From Naegleria gruberi (taxonomy: Eukaryota), in the NCBI GenBank assembly GCA_000004985.1, contig GG738894.1: a stretch of 64,000 bases of DNA; one strand, 5' to 3'. Made by a program: the position numbers and the translations under genes. The notes beneath the pieces are model-generated. The model did no database searches and was not told where the DNA came from. It was given only the letters and a program-made list of their open reading frames with translations. Shown in pieces: positions 24,401 to 34,754 of the stretch; position 1 is the first letter of the stretch; each line of letters opens with the position of its first letter.

Positions 24401-24579
24401 TTTCCACAATGCCAAACGGATCCTTCTTGAAACGAAAGTTCAGTACCAATTCACTATCCACCAAGTCAGATTCTGATTCCACCCACAATACAGTTCTAGT
24501 TGAAAGAAGAGCTACTACTACAGTAACTAAAAGCAGAAAAAAGCCAATGTTGGCCCTTGTAACACCTGTTAAAAAGTAA
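21466..24579 (+). CDS. large WD40-repeat protein (1037 aa) with N-terminal EF-hand-like segment
   Basis: Long uninterrupted ORF with a true ATG. Repeated WD40-type units (e.g. LVTSSADLSVRFWN, VVTSSLDSTIKIFDV, ISAGSEREPLVWIANV, GLIKIWDIRTHRC, ILTSSLDSCSAIWTF). N-terminal ELFNEIDFTGEKYITWDDFMSYLLDAV resembles an EF-hand. S/T-rich C-terminal tail. Confidence 0.8.
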   Translation: MAVMKDFVVKYSEKDYGSLSEPPSSPIEEEASSALTYTEYFQNSSEDERNLVLNLCELFNEIDFTGEKYITWDDFMSYLLDAVSDQSSKEDQIKEYGLSFTSPGSDIDDAIKKICYFDNWDKIVTCGKTKRCRIYEAKDMSVVASLPDHDGAILDAEYLPNPYNLLVTSSADLSVRFWNTSRLEFDLEYLEQQDVTQTAIKFYPRNNILFTASRTGDLTYWVHGIPPNDYRKKAHLDKITTIGVTPKYQKQQNKDSSREVFYQSRRIPNLHQDVITDMIALPMDNRVVTSSLDSTIKIFDVEKEVKVKEFLGHNKGVVSIAWTNEYHFLISAGSEREPLVWIANVENRSPFRLRDQRSPHQHSLIGVYAVPNTPQIISADHRGLIKIWDIRTHRCCQTIYTEQNLPKTDFHNFYLNSFAYMNQRKQIVTASRTIKLYEYERTEKPKGADDYPLILALYNPSNLHFMSCSRKGVKLWDALSGACSKNFRNISTTDITAACIDDRGRKFIVGNHSGEIICYNFSNASLVKQMSIFQSEITSLTYCDDGSKCIVVGSADGNVAIVLDKTNYEVKELKFAHKTEVKCSSFSRTYAITVTGDASSYCFLWDMKNYSKLAEIKGQGGEITALCFMGVLPAFIAAENTGRLIMYTTRPFHTPNIPIVQWFNESKTETRQDSSQSDNRSFITETPATTSTPFSNLFYPSIVLNDDTSSLKSGNTIPVEPNRNQLYHIVTALEYDFTCNRLITGDEKGFICVYDMENIVEEAQIRLSSRMSLGPKIPLSEISKLRPEKIARFKAHTDAISKIQIIREPYSILTSSLDSCSAIWTFNGELMDSLRQETKEWNDVEFEKIMNDPTIVNPKPFNFPINLEERRKEDALTVSGVIEKITKQLRLIGIWKSTTRESNSSKKDVISILNTFEKSSSSAMFMRRGSRSSPLTSPSVTSFQFDTKKVEDQTPPPEGVFNRISRSQSPIRTPSPSLLSTMPNGSFLKRKFSTNSLSTKSDSDSTHNTVLVERRATTTVTKSRKKPMLALVTPVKK

Positions 24580-24776
24580 ATGCTACAATATTTTAAATAA
24601 TTATTACTGTTAATTGCATTTTTTATTTCTAAAATTCAAAAGTGGCAAATAATTAAAATTTCTGTTTTGGATCAAAGGTCTAAAAATGGTCTCATTGGAA
24701 GAAAACAAAAAAACACTTTTCTAAACTCTTTGTCATCAACAACATTGAAAAAAATCCCTCACAAACCAAACATACA

Positions 24777-25372
24777 ATGCCAATCCCACAAACTTGTGCC
24801 GAACTCAAAGCTTCTACAAGCCACTCAAAGCTCGTTGTTGTTACACCAGAAACAACATTGGATAAGTGTTGTAAGTATATTTAATATTGATGATGATAAT
24901 TAAAATCTTCAAGTGATGGCTATGGTCGAAAATGATGTAAGTGTTTCGGAAGTAATTGTTCAAATATATGATGATCATTAAATAGGTTAGACATTTGGTA
25001 GTAGTTTCAAGCGAAGATAATGGAAAGATTGTTGGTCTCATTTCTGAAAGGTAAATATCTAATAATATTTAATATTGATTGATCATTGTATGCAGAGATA
25101 TTCGTCTTGCTATCGGATCACCATTGATCCACAAGGATATGGATATTAAGAAGGAAATTGATGAATTTTCTAAACAAGTTGCCAGCTCAATCATGACAAA
25201 GAATGTTTTCACTGTTAAGGAAAATGATTCTATTCTTGAAGCTGCCAAGATTATGAGAGTTTCTAGAATTGGTTGTTTGCCAATTGTCAATGATGCTGAT
25301 TCTATTGTTGGAGTCATTACTAGATCTGATATGTTGGATCAACTTATTCGTGTTTTGGAACCTAAGGAATAA
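24777..25372 (+). CDS. CBS-pair (two CBS domains) protein, four exons: 24777..24870, 24914..24936, 24986..25050, 25096..25372
   Basis: Exon 4 (ORF 25079-25372) carries a clear CBS domain (IMTKNVFTVKENDSILEAAKIMRVSRIGCLPIVNDADSIVGVITRSDMLDQL). Upstream are three micro-exons with GTAAGT/GTAAAT donors and AG acceptors that keep frame (94+23+65+277 nt = 153 codons). They encode a first CBS domain: MPIPQTCAELKASTSHSKLVVVTPETTLDKC-LMAMVEND-VRHLVVVSSEDNGKIVGLISER-DIRLAIG... The track ORF 24667-24903 is out of frame with this model. Confidence 0.65.
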
Positions 25373-25550
25373 ATGTATATAAATTGTATAAAGATAGTTG
25401 TAGATTAGATTCGGAAAAGAGGCAACAGAATTTAATTGAGTTAAAATGGATTACTTTCAATTAAAGACAATTGCTAAATACGCTCTGTTGAGTTGTTAAA
25501 TAAAATCCTAAGTTTAATTTGCCAAATGGAAAACTTCAAACAAAAACAAA

Positions 25551-25883
25551 ATGGTCGACAAGAAAGATAGTAGCATTCCAGAGTTTCTCTTAGATAATCC
25601 TTCCTCAAACAAGGTAATGAATCAAAACGAGCAGGCCAAGTTGACTGTCCTGGTAAAGGACCCACTTGCTGCAGAAGTATCACAGGAAGGGTCCTTAAAA
25701 GAAAGAGAGGTTGGCATGCTTGAGAAAGGCATTCATGAAGTGAAGAAGGTGTTTTCAAGTGAACCTTATTCGAAAGAAATTAAAACATCGAAAGAAGAAA
25801 CTCAAGAAGAACCACAAGAATCTAAAGGATTTATTGGAAAGACACTCGAACTGTTAGGTGTTGGAAAGAGTGAAGATAAATAA
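25551..25883 (+). CDS. small hydrophilic/acidic protein (110 aa), hypothetical
   Basis: ATG-initiated ORF in the 525-bp convergent intergenic space between the CBS gene and the Mut7-C gene. Disordered-looking, K/E/S-rich sequence. A competing antisense ORF (25474-25758) overlaps it. Composition is locally GC-richer than the flanks. Confidence 0.35.
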   Translation: MVDKKDSSIPEFLLDNPSSNKVMNQNEQAKLTVLVKDPLAAEVSQEGSLKEREVGMLEKGIHEVKKVFSSEPYSKEIKTSKEETQEEPQESKGFIGKTLELLGVGKSEDK

Positions 25884-25896
25884 ATTATTGGTTTGA

Positions 25897-27006
25897 TTAT
25901 TCACATGATGTTTCATCCTCTGGATTGTAAGAGAATTCTTTTGCAAATGATTTAGCAGATTTGTAATTCACATGTTCACTTGTTTTATCTTTCCCCCAAT
26001 AGATTTTATCTTTAAAGGTATTGTTATGCAACTGATATTCCAATAAATACTTACTGCATCCAGAACATCTAAAGAAATTATTGTAAGTTTTGTAAACACT
26101 TGGGAAAACTTCATCCTTAATTGATTCCTTGTCAATACTAACAATATGGTGATTACATTGAATGCATATTGTAAATATTCGATCCTCCTCAAATTCAATC
26201 TTGAAGAATTTCACAGTTTCATTGATCATTTCTTTAGAACTTCTACTCTTTACAAAATAGTAAATATAGTCGAATTCTTCAGTAGTTTCTTCTTCCTCTT
26301 CATCTTCCTCTTCACTGCTATATTCCTCAAATTCCTCGAAATCTTCTCTATTAAATTCCAATCCTTGTTCCTTGTAAATCAATTCCAATTCTTTCATTTC
26401 TCTTTCATGATCTTCAGAAACAACTGTCTCTTTCGTTGAAGGTTTTCGATTCTTTTTCATCTCCTTCTTCTTTTGATTTCTCAAATCCATAGCTTTTCGT
26501 TGGTAACCAAGTTGATTAATTAGAGTTCTATTCTTTGTCAAAATAATCCTATTCTGAGTTCTGGCAATGTACAACATGTAATTAGTAGTCATGGATGAAT
26601 CATAAAAACAGTTTCCTCCCAACATTCTAATATGTTTGGCCAATCTTCCCAAAGTTGCATCACAAACAAAAGCCAAATCAATTCCTTTCTTTTGTAAAAC
26701 ACGATCAGGAACATAATACTCATCAAACTTGAGAGGTTTCTTCCTCTTTTTTGTTTTTGCTTCCTTTCCGATATTTTCCTTCTTCTTTTCGTCATCTATA
26801 TTTTCGGAATCATTCTCAACATCTATATTATCGTCATCATTATGATGAATATTATTACAATGGTCATCGTCATCATCATTAATACCACCATTAGATGAAT
26901 TGGTTATTGAATTCTCTAATACAACAACATCTTCCTCTTTCTGGTGATGAGCGTCGTTACTACTTGAAGAATTGGTGCTGGTTTGTGGTAATTGCACTTT
27001 CGACAT
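25897..27006 (-). CDS. Mut7-C (DUF82) PIN-like nuclease-domain protein with C-terminal zinc ribbon and acidic N-terminal/central regions
   Basis: True ATG at 27006. GIDLAFVCDATLGRLAKHIRMLGGNCFY...NRIILTKNRTL matches the Mut7-C core (F[LV].D.MLGRLA[KR]WLR.LG.D). C-terminal CIQCNHH...FFRCSGCSKY is the zinc ribbon typical of this domain. D/E-rich low-complexity stretches. Confidence 0.55.
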   Translation of the reverse strand: MSKVQLPQTSTNSSSSNDAHHQKEEDVVVLENSITNSSNGGINDDDDDHCNNIHHNDDDNIDVENDSENIDDEKKKENIGKEAKTKKRKKPLKFDEYYVPDRVLQKKGIDLAFVCDATLGRLAKHIRMLGGNCFYDSSMTTNYMLYIARTQNRIILTKNRTLINQLGYQRKAMDLRNQKKKEMKKNRKPSTKETVVSEDHEREMKELELIYKEQGLEFNREDFEEFEEYSSEEEDEEEEETTEEFDYIYYFVKSRSSKEMINETVKFFKIEFEEDRIFTICIQCNHHIVSIDKESIKDEVFPSVYKTYNNFFRCSGCSKYLLEYQLHNNTFKDKIYWGKDKTSEHVNYKSAKSFAKEFSYNPEDETSCE

Positions 27007-27266
27007 TTTTTTATTTTTGGATTTTGTTCGGTTTTTGGCGGAAGTGCAATTTTGAATTTACAATTGAGCTAGTTGAGTGATTTTGAATCATCTGAATTGT
27101 AAACAGCAGGATTTTCTTTAATTTGATTTATTTTCATTAATAAATATCTTGCATAACCTTATTGCCAAGATAACCATATCGGTCGGAGATTTTGGAATAA
27201 AAAAATTTTAATCTCTGATTGTTTAATGGAGAATTTGTTAATAAATAAATAGATAAATTTTAGTGT

Positions 27267-28967
27267 TTATTGTTGAAAATGAAGGGAAATATCAGTTAGG
27301 GAAAATAAGGTGTGTGAGGTAAATTTTGAAAGACCTGGTTGATCAGGAATAGTTTCATCTAGGAAGTGAACAAGATTGTTTCTAATTATTTGTGGCAGGT
27401 GTTTTCTTCTCATATCAGCACTGGTTAATTCAAAAAGTGGAATAAGGAACTTTGATTTTTCATTTTCAACTGTCATTAAAGGACCTCTCACATTACATTT
27501 ACCTTCCATCAAATGTTTAACAAACGCACCAGAAGATACAATCTTTGAATTCTTATGGTCTTTAAGGATTTGTTCTCCTGATTTCCAACTTTGAATATAA
27601 ACTTTAGTTTCGTTTGATTTGATAAGAATCTCATTTTTCACTAAGTTAATATACATTTGATTAATATTAGATCTGTAGTTTTGATGTACTGTTACAATAC
27701 TATCCTTATTATTTTCAATATATATGGATGCAAATTTGGATTTGGTTTCGAATAGAGATTTCTCTTCTCCATTTCGAGCAATGAACAATTTGAAAGGACT
27801 AGCTCCAAAACTATAGAGCATTATAAGACATTTCGAATGTTCATATTGGCCTTCATTGAAGCGAAGTAATTTTTCTGCTCCTTCGTTATTTTCAAAATAA
27901 GTTCTCATTTCGAAGGTTCTATTACTATCACCAGCCATAGCTCCATGAATTCTGATCATGTCAAAGTTAGTTTCGCGGTTAGTATTGGATTCATTTGATG
28001 CACAAATTATGTGATCAGTATTATGCTTTGAGATAGTCAAGGTTTGGTGTTCAATCTTGGAAGCTACATATATCTCATCATCCTTGTCTATTGTGTAGTA
28101 AACAACGAGATACTTGATAACTCCTGCCCAAGTATCTCCAAATGTGTTATTGGTTGCCTCTACTCTCAAGAACGTTCTTTCAGTATTCAGAAATTCTTTA
28201 ACTTTTTCAGTAACATCCTCAGGGCCATATGTAGCAGCCAAAATATTAATACCATCCTGTGGAACATATTTACAAACTTCCTTATTGACAGCCTCATGTC
28301 TCCGTTTTCTAACGATTGAACTTAATGGACTATTTGCTTCAAATACAATGGATGAATTCAATTCCTCAATGATATCAACCCTTAAGAGAGCATGTTCCTC
28401 ACAAACTTTAACTCTTGGTTCACTCCATTGACCACTCTGCAACTTGACTCTGTAGACCAAGGTAAAACTCTTGAAAACATTTGGCCATGGATCTCCAAAC
28501 ACTGAATTTGAGGCATGAACAGTTAGCTCATTTCCAGTCTGCTTATCAAAAATATCAGCAACTTTTTGAGTACATTCCAATAGCCCATAAACAGCCAACA
28601 CCACTTGTATTCCATGTTTTTTGCAAGTATGTGCGTTTAAACTCTTTGTAATCTTTCTTGTTGCAAAAGCTGAAAACTCCCCACTAAATATTTCATACCA
28701 TAATTCATTCCTTTCATCCTCGACAACCAATACCAAGGCCCTTTGTATGGTATTCAAATCATCAAAACATTCTACATTTTTAATATTCATCACCATATTA
28801 AATTCAGCCTTATTTTCCTGAAGGAATCGGAAGTATTGGGTAACATTGGTCTTACCATAGGAAGCTCCGATCACTGATTTACAGTCTTGCAATGAAGGAG
28901 ATGATGCGGCAGCAGCACTACCCTTACGAAATCGTTTCATTTTTTTTGTTCTTATTTGCAAGTTCAT
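27267..28967 (-). CDS. hypothetical 566-aa protein with an internal tandem duplication of a ~55-aa module
   Basis: Uninterrupted ORF with a true ATG at 28967. Two similar modules: IQVVLAVYGLLECTQKVADIF..NELTVHASNSVFGDPWPNVFKSFTLVYRV and INILAATYGPEDVTEKVKEFL..TFLRVEATNNTFGDTWAGVIKYLVVYYTI. P-loop-like GASYGKT near the N-terminus, not a canonical Walker A. Family not recognised. Confidence 0.55.
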   Translation of the reverse strand: MNLQIRTKKMKRFRKGSAAAASSPSLQDCKSVIGASYGKTNVTQYFRFLQENKAEFNMVMNIKNVECFDDLNTIQRALVLVVEDERNELWYEIFSGEFSAFATRKITKSLNAHTCKKHGIQVVLAVYGLLECTQKVADIFDKQTGNELTVHASNSVFGDPWPNVFKSFTLVYRVKLQSGQWSEPRVKVCEEHALLRVDIIEELNSSIVFEANSPLSSIVRKRRHEAVNKEVCKYVPQDGINILAATYGPEDVTEKVKEFLNTERTFLRVEATNNTFGDTWAGVIKYLVVYYTIDKDDEIYVASKIEHQTLTISKHNTDHIICASNESNTNRETNFDMIRIHGAMAGDSNRTFEMRTYFENNEGAEKLLRFNEGQYEHSKCLIMLYSFGASPFKLFIARNGEEKSLFETKSKFASIYIENNKDSIVTVHQNYRSNINQMYINLVKNEILIKSNETKVYIQSWKSGEQILKDHKNSKIVSSGAFVKHLMEGKCNVRGPLMTVENEKSKFLIPLFELTSADMRRKHLPQIIRNNLVHFLDETIPDQPGLSKFTSHTLFSLTDISLHFQQ

Positions 28968-29051
28968 AAGTTCATCACTTTTATTCCATTGAATATTTAT
29001 TTCTGGATTTTAATATATTATAATTATTAAAATGATGTAATTTTTTATTTT

Positions 29052-32000
29052 CTATTTGAAATAAGTGAGAGAAAGTAATTGTGCAGCAGATGGTCTTTGC
29101 TTTGCATCCTTCTCTAACATTTTCAAAACTATCTGAATTAATTCTTCAGAATATTCATTGTGAGCTGTTTCCTTCATTTGATTTGTCAAAATTTTAATGG
29201 CATTCTCTGCTTGATTTCCCATAAGCAAGTTACTGATCGAAGTTGCTTGGTCGTTGGTCATGATTTGATAGATTGAAATTCCCAAAGAGAAGATATCTGT
29301 GTTAAATGAATATGAACTTCCAAGTGCAACTTCTGGACTCATATCTTATGAAGGGTTTAGTTTAAATTAGAAATGAATAAACTTACAAAGTGGAGTGCCA
29401 GCGTAGGAATGACCTGACATTTCTTGATACTTTTTGGCTAATCCAAAATCTGCCAATACAATTTCTATATTATCACTCGACAGTTTCTTAATAAAAATAT
29501 TAGTTGGCTTAATATCTCTGTGAATAATGTGCATTTCTTCGTGAACATATTTCAATGCGCTCAACATTTGTTTCAAAATTTGCTTTACAATCTTTTCCCT
29601 GCAATTATCTGTGTTCAATTTAGATAAATCGCCCAATTCATAAAAATCCATGTCAATAATCAACAAGTTATCATTGGTAATGAAATAGTCATTAATTTTG
29701 ATAATATTTGGATGTTTGATATTGCTTAATTGGGATGCTTCTTTCATTATTGTGTTCAGGTCTGTCAATGATTCAAATTTAACAGTCTTGATTGCTTTCG
29801 GTTTGTTTGTTTTCAAATCGGTCACTTTGTAAACGCTTCCAAAAGCTCCTTGACCAATTCTTGAAATATTGGCATATCTGGAAAATGGATTTGCCGTATC
29901 AGAACCAACGGAAGAACCAGCAGATGAGGATATAATCATTGAACTAATAGAAAGGAAGGTGGTTTCGGAAAGTTCTACATTTCTAGTATCCAATTTAGCT
30001 AGTTCAAAATCCTTCTTCCTTTTCTTGGAGAAACACATGAATAGTACAATGATCAATATCAAAACTGTAAGCAAAATCAATATAAATGCAACAACTGGTA
30101 TGACAATAGCAACTATTAACACTGTAGAATCTTGAGTTTTCTGAATTTCACAAAACTGTCCTTCAAATCCACTCTTACATTGACAAACATTAAAATCGGA
30201 ACATTGCCCATTTCCATTACAAACATTTTCACTTATTGCCAATGTTCCATTACAGCTCAATTTGGCATCACATGTATTATTCCAAGAATTATAAAGGTAG
30301 TTTTCACCACAATATGGAATAACTTTTCGAATATATACAGAATCAATGAGAAAGATTTCTCCCGTGCCTTCATCATAGTCTACTTGTTTTGAGAACAATG
30401 TAAACATTGAATATGTTCCAAATCCATCCCCATTGAATTTTGAGGCTACAGATCTTGACCCAGCAATATCCAATAGTAATCCACTTTGATTCTGATACAT
30501 TCGAACAATACAAGCACCAATGCCGTCCAAAATAATTACATCTCCATTCTTTTTCACATAGAGAGCAGATGGATTGTCGATGGATGATTGGAGTGCTGGT
30601 AATTTGTCTCCTGAATATCCTGCAATAAAATTGCCAACTATAGTTCTCAAATAAAAAGTACCATCAGATAACTTTTCAATTCTTCTAATGGTAGATGACG
30701 TACAAATATACAAATAACCATCTTGGTAGAGAATATTTGCTATTAGTCCAGGAATTGTTGCATTATTAATTATTCCATCAGAAGAAATTACGGTACCAAC
30801 AATAGAAAAAGCAAACTCTAATGAAATGAATTGAGTTTTCAGATTATATCTAAAAATGGAAGAAGCTGTGGAAAAAAGTAAATCACCAGTTGTCTCATCA
30901 TAAGTCATTCCTGTCATTGCTGTATTAGCAGCTGGGCAAGGAGAATCAGTTCCTTTAACACCAACCACAAACATGCCACATGCATTTCCAATAAGTTTTT
31001 CAAAACTCACGGTTTTCGGGTCGATTCTAATAATTCTACAAGCGTCCTTAATGTAGATTTTTCCATCAAACTTTGAAAAGAGACCATATGGCCTTGACAC
31101 AGATGGCTGAAGATTCAATGTTAAATAGGGTGTATCGAATGGAGTGGTTATGCTAGTAAACAGTGATGTACTGAGAGAGGTTGACTTTCCGGTTGTTTCA
31201 TCAAATTTCTTTAAAGTCCTATTATCAACAAAGTAGATCACCTTCTTAGATGAATCTCTCATTAAAAGACCTGGGACTAATGTTCTAGAAATTGGGCTAA
31301 GTCCAGCTATTGTTGTAATTTTCCCATTCGAAAGTTCACTAATATGATAAACATTAGTCACGATAATGCTAGAGCTTTGTCTAGTAGCTCTGGGAGAAAA
31401 TCTAGATATTATTGGAATTGGTTTCATATGAAAATATAATTGTACTTACAGGGCAGAATTTTCTATTGGAATATTCTCACCATTGTATCCAACAATAAAA
31501 TAAGCTGAATTTGAAACATTATAGTAGTCCAAGCCTGAAATTTTCTTCAGTGAATGGGTTTCTAATTGGTAATCATAGAGTTGACCAGCATTCCAAAAAA
31601 ATAGAGAATTGTTACCATTCATTGAAAACCCAGTAAAAGAAAAAGATGATGGTATAGGCATAGTAACAACTGTTGTTGATCCATTCTTAAAATCAAGATA
31701 TTCGTAAAGAGTGTTCAATACAGTTGAATAAGTAAATACTGAATTACAATTAGGGTATCTTAAATTTGGAAAAACAACAATTTGATCAACAATACTCGTT
31801 GGAATTGGTAATAAATAATACACAATTGTTGATTTTTGAACAGCTGTTATATAATTACTATATCTGACATAAATTGTAGAATTGTTAAAAGAATCTCCAA
31901 TTGCAGCCAACGAAGGATAAATTTGTGAAGAGGAAAATGCTAATGTCAAAATTTGAGTTTCCAAATTGAAATTGTAAATAGAATATTCACTTAAAAGTAA

Positions 32001-33369
32001 TACATCACCATTTCCAATATAAAATACAGTAGTAATAGGAAGGTAAATACGTTGTGGAATGCCTGCACTGTACTTGATGGGATAGTCTCTATGACAGCCC
32101 AATACCGTTTTCATCTTTCCATTCGAAACCTTTCTAAGGAACCACAATTTTTCAACAAAGTACAACTCATTCTTATGGTAGAATGGAAAATTAATATCAC
32201 CTCCTGAATACATTTGGAGAGGCGAAATGTCTTCACCGTTTGGATGATTAACTATTCCACCTGATAATGTGGAAACCATTTTGGTTTGTAAATCAATCTT
32301 TCGAATGCATCTATTCGATTTATCTGCCACTATTAATGTATTTTGAGTGACAATCAAAGAGGAAGGTTCATAAAAACTGATATTAGGAGAATTATATAAT
32401 TGATTATCTCCACCATATCCCTCTGAACCTCCAACAAAAATTTGAGTTTCGGCTGAATTCACTAATTTCATTTGTACAAAATTATTACTTTGAGATGAAG
32501 CGTAAATTTCACCTCCATTAGAAACATAGACGCCATATCTTAGAATTGGTTATCAATTGAATCATTCAATTATTCACTTACAAATTAGATTGAGCCACTC
32601 CTCCATCCACAATTCTATACTTTCCATTTTCATCAATTGACTTGAGTCTTTCTGCATCTGTGAAATAGACAATATCCTTATTTCCATTAGAAACAACGAA
32701 TATATTCTTTGGAGATTGTAATTTCAAAAGCTTGGCATCTACACCATCATAATCACCATTTAAATAACCACCTCCTCCAATAACGGAAATTTGTGATGTT
32801 GAAATTTCGTATTTTTTGATTAAATTATTATCTGTATCCGAAATGTATACAAAGCCATTCACAGAAACATAAACACCTCTTGGATTATTAAACATGTGTG
32901 CAATAGATGTTGTTCTGGTTCTATTAGAAACTATTCTAATCCTATTATTGAGTGAATCAGCAATATACAAATCGCCATTCACTGGATTCACAGATATAGC
33001 TGTTGGTGTATTCAATAATGTACCCACAGCCTTCAATCCATCTCCATTGTATCCATTCGTTACATAACCAGCATAAACCTCCACCAATGACATGGTGTTA
33101 AAAATCCTAAAAACTACATGTCTCTCTGCATCCGAAACAAAAACATCTCCATTCAAGCCAAGACACAATCCAGTGGGAGACAACATGTAGGCATTCTTTG
33201 CCTCCACTACTTTATCCAAAGTATTGTAGAAACCATCAAGTGTTTGTATATAATAATTGACAGGTGTAGATAAAGAAGATATCACTGAAAGATTCGTCAA
33301 GAATCCAACAAGAAGAAGAAGAAATAAACAAGTGTGTGTCAAAGGACTGGACACAAAACAACCACTCAT
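29052..33369 (-). CDS. receptor-like protein kinase: signal peptide, NHL-repeat ectodomain, EGF-like Cys-rich module, TM helix, Ser/Thr/Tyr kinase domain; four exons 33369..32582, 32538..31450, 31401..29387, 29344..29052
   Basis: Four track ORFs (32578-33369, 31446-32471, 29367-31427, 29052-29342) each end at a GTAAGT donor and resume after an AG acceptor in frame. Introns are 43, 48 and 42 nt. Exon lengths sum to 4185 nt = 1395 codons with consistent phases. N-terminal hydrophobic signal (CLFLLLLVGFL). Many NHL-like blades (NGDLYIADSLNNRIRIV, GFVYISDTDNNLIKKY, YGVYVSNGGEIYASS..). EGF-like CDAKLSCNGTL..CNGNGQCSDFNVCQCKSGFEGQFCE. TM VLIVAIVIPVVAFILILLTVLILIIVLF. Kinase motifs GQGAFGSVYKV, AIKTVK, HRDIKPTNIF, DFGLAK. 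The GTPLY|MSPEV (APE) motif is completed only by splicing across the last intron. Confidence 0.65.
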
Positions 33370-33746
33370 GTTATAACAATTACGTTTTGTTACTTTTTTT
33401 TCTTTTTACAATTCCACTTTTGTTTGGTCAGGACTGAGGGGAATTGCGGGGAATCATGTTGAACAATGTCATCCTTTGTTGGTAACACAACAACAATTTA
33501 TAGATATTAAAATCGTTGCACTGTCAGATTTTTGTCCATGTCCTTGCAAGTTCCTGAATGGGGACAAAACACCAATAGCTTTCAAGCACCTGAAATGAAC
33601 AATTTTTGCTCTAGGTAGTTCTCTTGGTTTCTGAAGGTTTACAAAATCAGTACTCACTACAATATTTTAATATTTAGTGAGAGCTGAATTGCGCAATTTG
33701 TTGTAAAATTTTTTAAGGTAACTTTTTTAAAAAACCTTAGAAAAAA

Positions 33747-34730
33747 ATGGCAAGAAAGCAAAACAAGAAGAAGCACAACTCTTCTTTCATAGATAAGGGT
33801 TGTAACAACCCAATAAATCCACCCCAGGAATTTAACATCTATTCAATTTGTCCAGAATACATGGAAAAACTAAATCAAAGAATTTGCAATAATCTTCTCG
33901 ATAAGTTTTTGGTAGAGTTTGAACAGGAGAGCCTTAAAGATAGTAAGGAAGAAAAATTCAGAAAGTGGAACGAGATGATTGCAAAGTTGAACAAGGTTGT
34001 TGTTCCTAAGAAAACGAAACTATCGAAAAAGAAAACAAGAGTTTCAGTTCTTCCGACTGTTGATTCGCCTTTGAAAACAACACTTATGGAAATAAGGAAA
34101 GAGTGGATTCAAAAACTGCGAATCAAAGAAAGTAAAAAGAAAGAAACCACAAGAACATCAGGAAGAGTTATTATTCTCCTTGATAGAAGCATTTCTGATC
34201 AAAGAATTACGAAAATCTATTCCGATATCTCCAGAGAGATTGTTGCCAATAATAATTACAAGTACTTTCTGCTTAATGTGTTAGAACACGGCTACCGTGG
34301 CTACCACGATTGGTCAAAGGTTCCAAGAGAATATTTAGCTGATGAATACTTTATTAGAAAGTTAATTTCATTTGGCTCAAGCTTCTATGACATTTTACAA
34401 TACATTTCATATTCAATTTGGAATAATCAAAGACTTATCATTTCATTCTTAAAGAAAACAAGGGGAGATTGCTTTAGTAGTTTTCCAAATGATATGAAAA
34501 ACCACCAAACATTTGCAGAGGTTGCTGTTAACATGGATCCAAAAAATATGAGATATACTAACCTTAATTCAAAACCAGTTTTTGTCAGGATGATGGCTAA
34601 GGAAAATGTGAAATGCTTGCCTTACATTGATCATCAATTGTTATTTGATCAGAAGTTTATGGTTTCTCTCATGTTAGAATTGAATATTAAGAATACGGAT
34701 TTATTTGGAAAGAAATATCGTTACAATTAA
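33747..34730 (+). CDS. hypothetical basic protein (327 aa); C-terminal part shows DUF4116-like repeat character
   Basis: True ATG at 33747. Lys-rich N-terminal half. C-terminal FPNDMKNHQTFAEVAVNMDPKNMRYTNL..VKCLPYIDHQLLFDQKFMVSLM resembles the repeats of the DUF4116 gene at 52944-54098. Weak call. Confidence 0.45.
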   Translation: MARKQNKKKHNSSFIDKGCNNPINPPQEFNIYSICPEYMEKLNQRICNNLLDKFLVEFEQESLKDSKEEKFRKWNEMIAKLNKVVVPKKTKLSKKKTRVSVLPTVDSPLKTTLMEIRKEWIQKLRIKESKKKETTRTSGRVIILLDRSISDQRITKIYSDISREIVANNNYKYFLLNVLEHGYRGYHDWSKVPREYLADEYFIRKLISFGSSFYDILQYISYSIWNNQRLIISFLKKTRGDCFSSFPNDMKNHQTFAEVAVNMDPKNMRYTNLNSKPVFVRMMAKENVKCLPYIDHQLLFDQKFMVSLMLELNIKNTDLFGKKYRYN

Positions 34731-34754
34731 AGAGTGTAATGAATTTATAAACTT

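Noticed and set aside
24667-24903. 78-aa ORF upstream of the CBS exon
   Set aside because: Out of frame with the ATG at 24777 and with the CBS-encoding micro-exons. The spliced four-exon model gives a canonical CBS pair, whereas this ORF gives low-complexity sequence.
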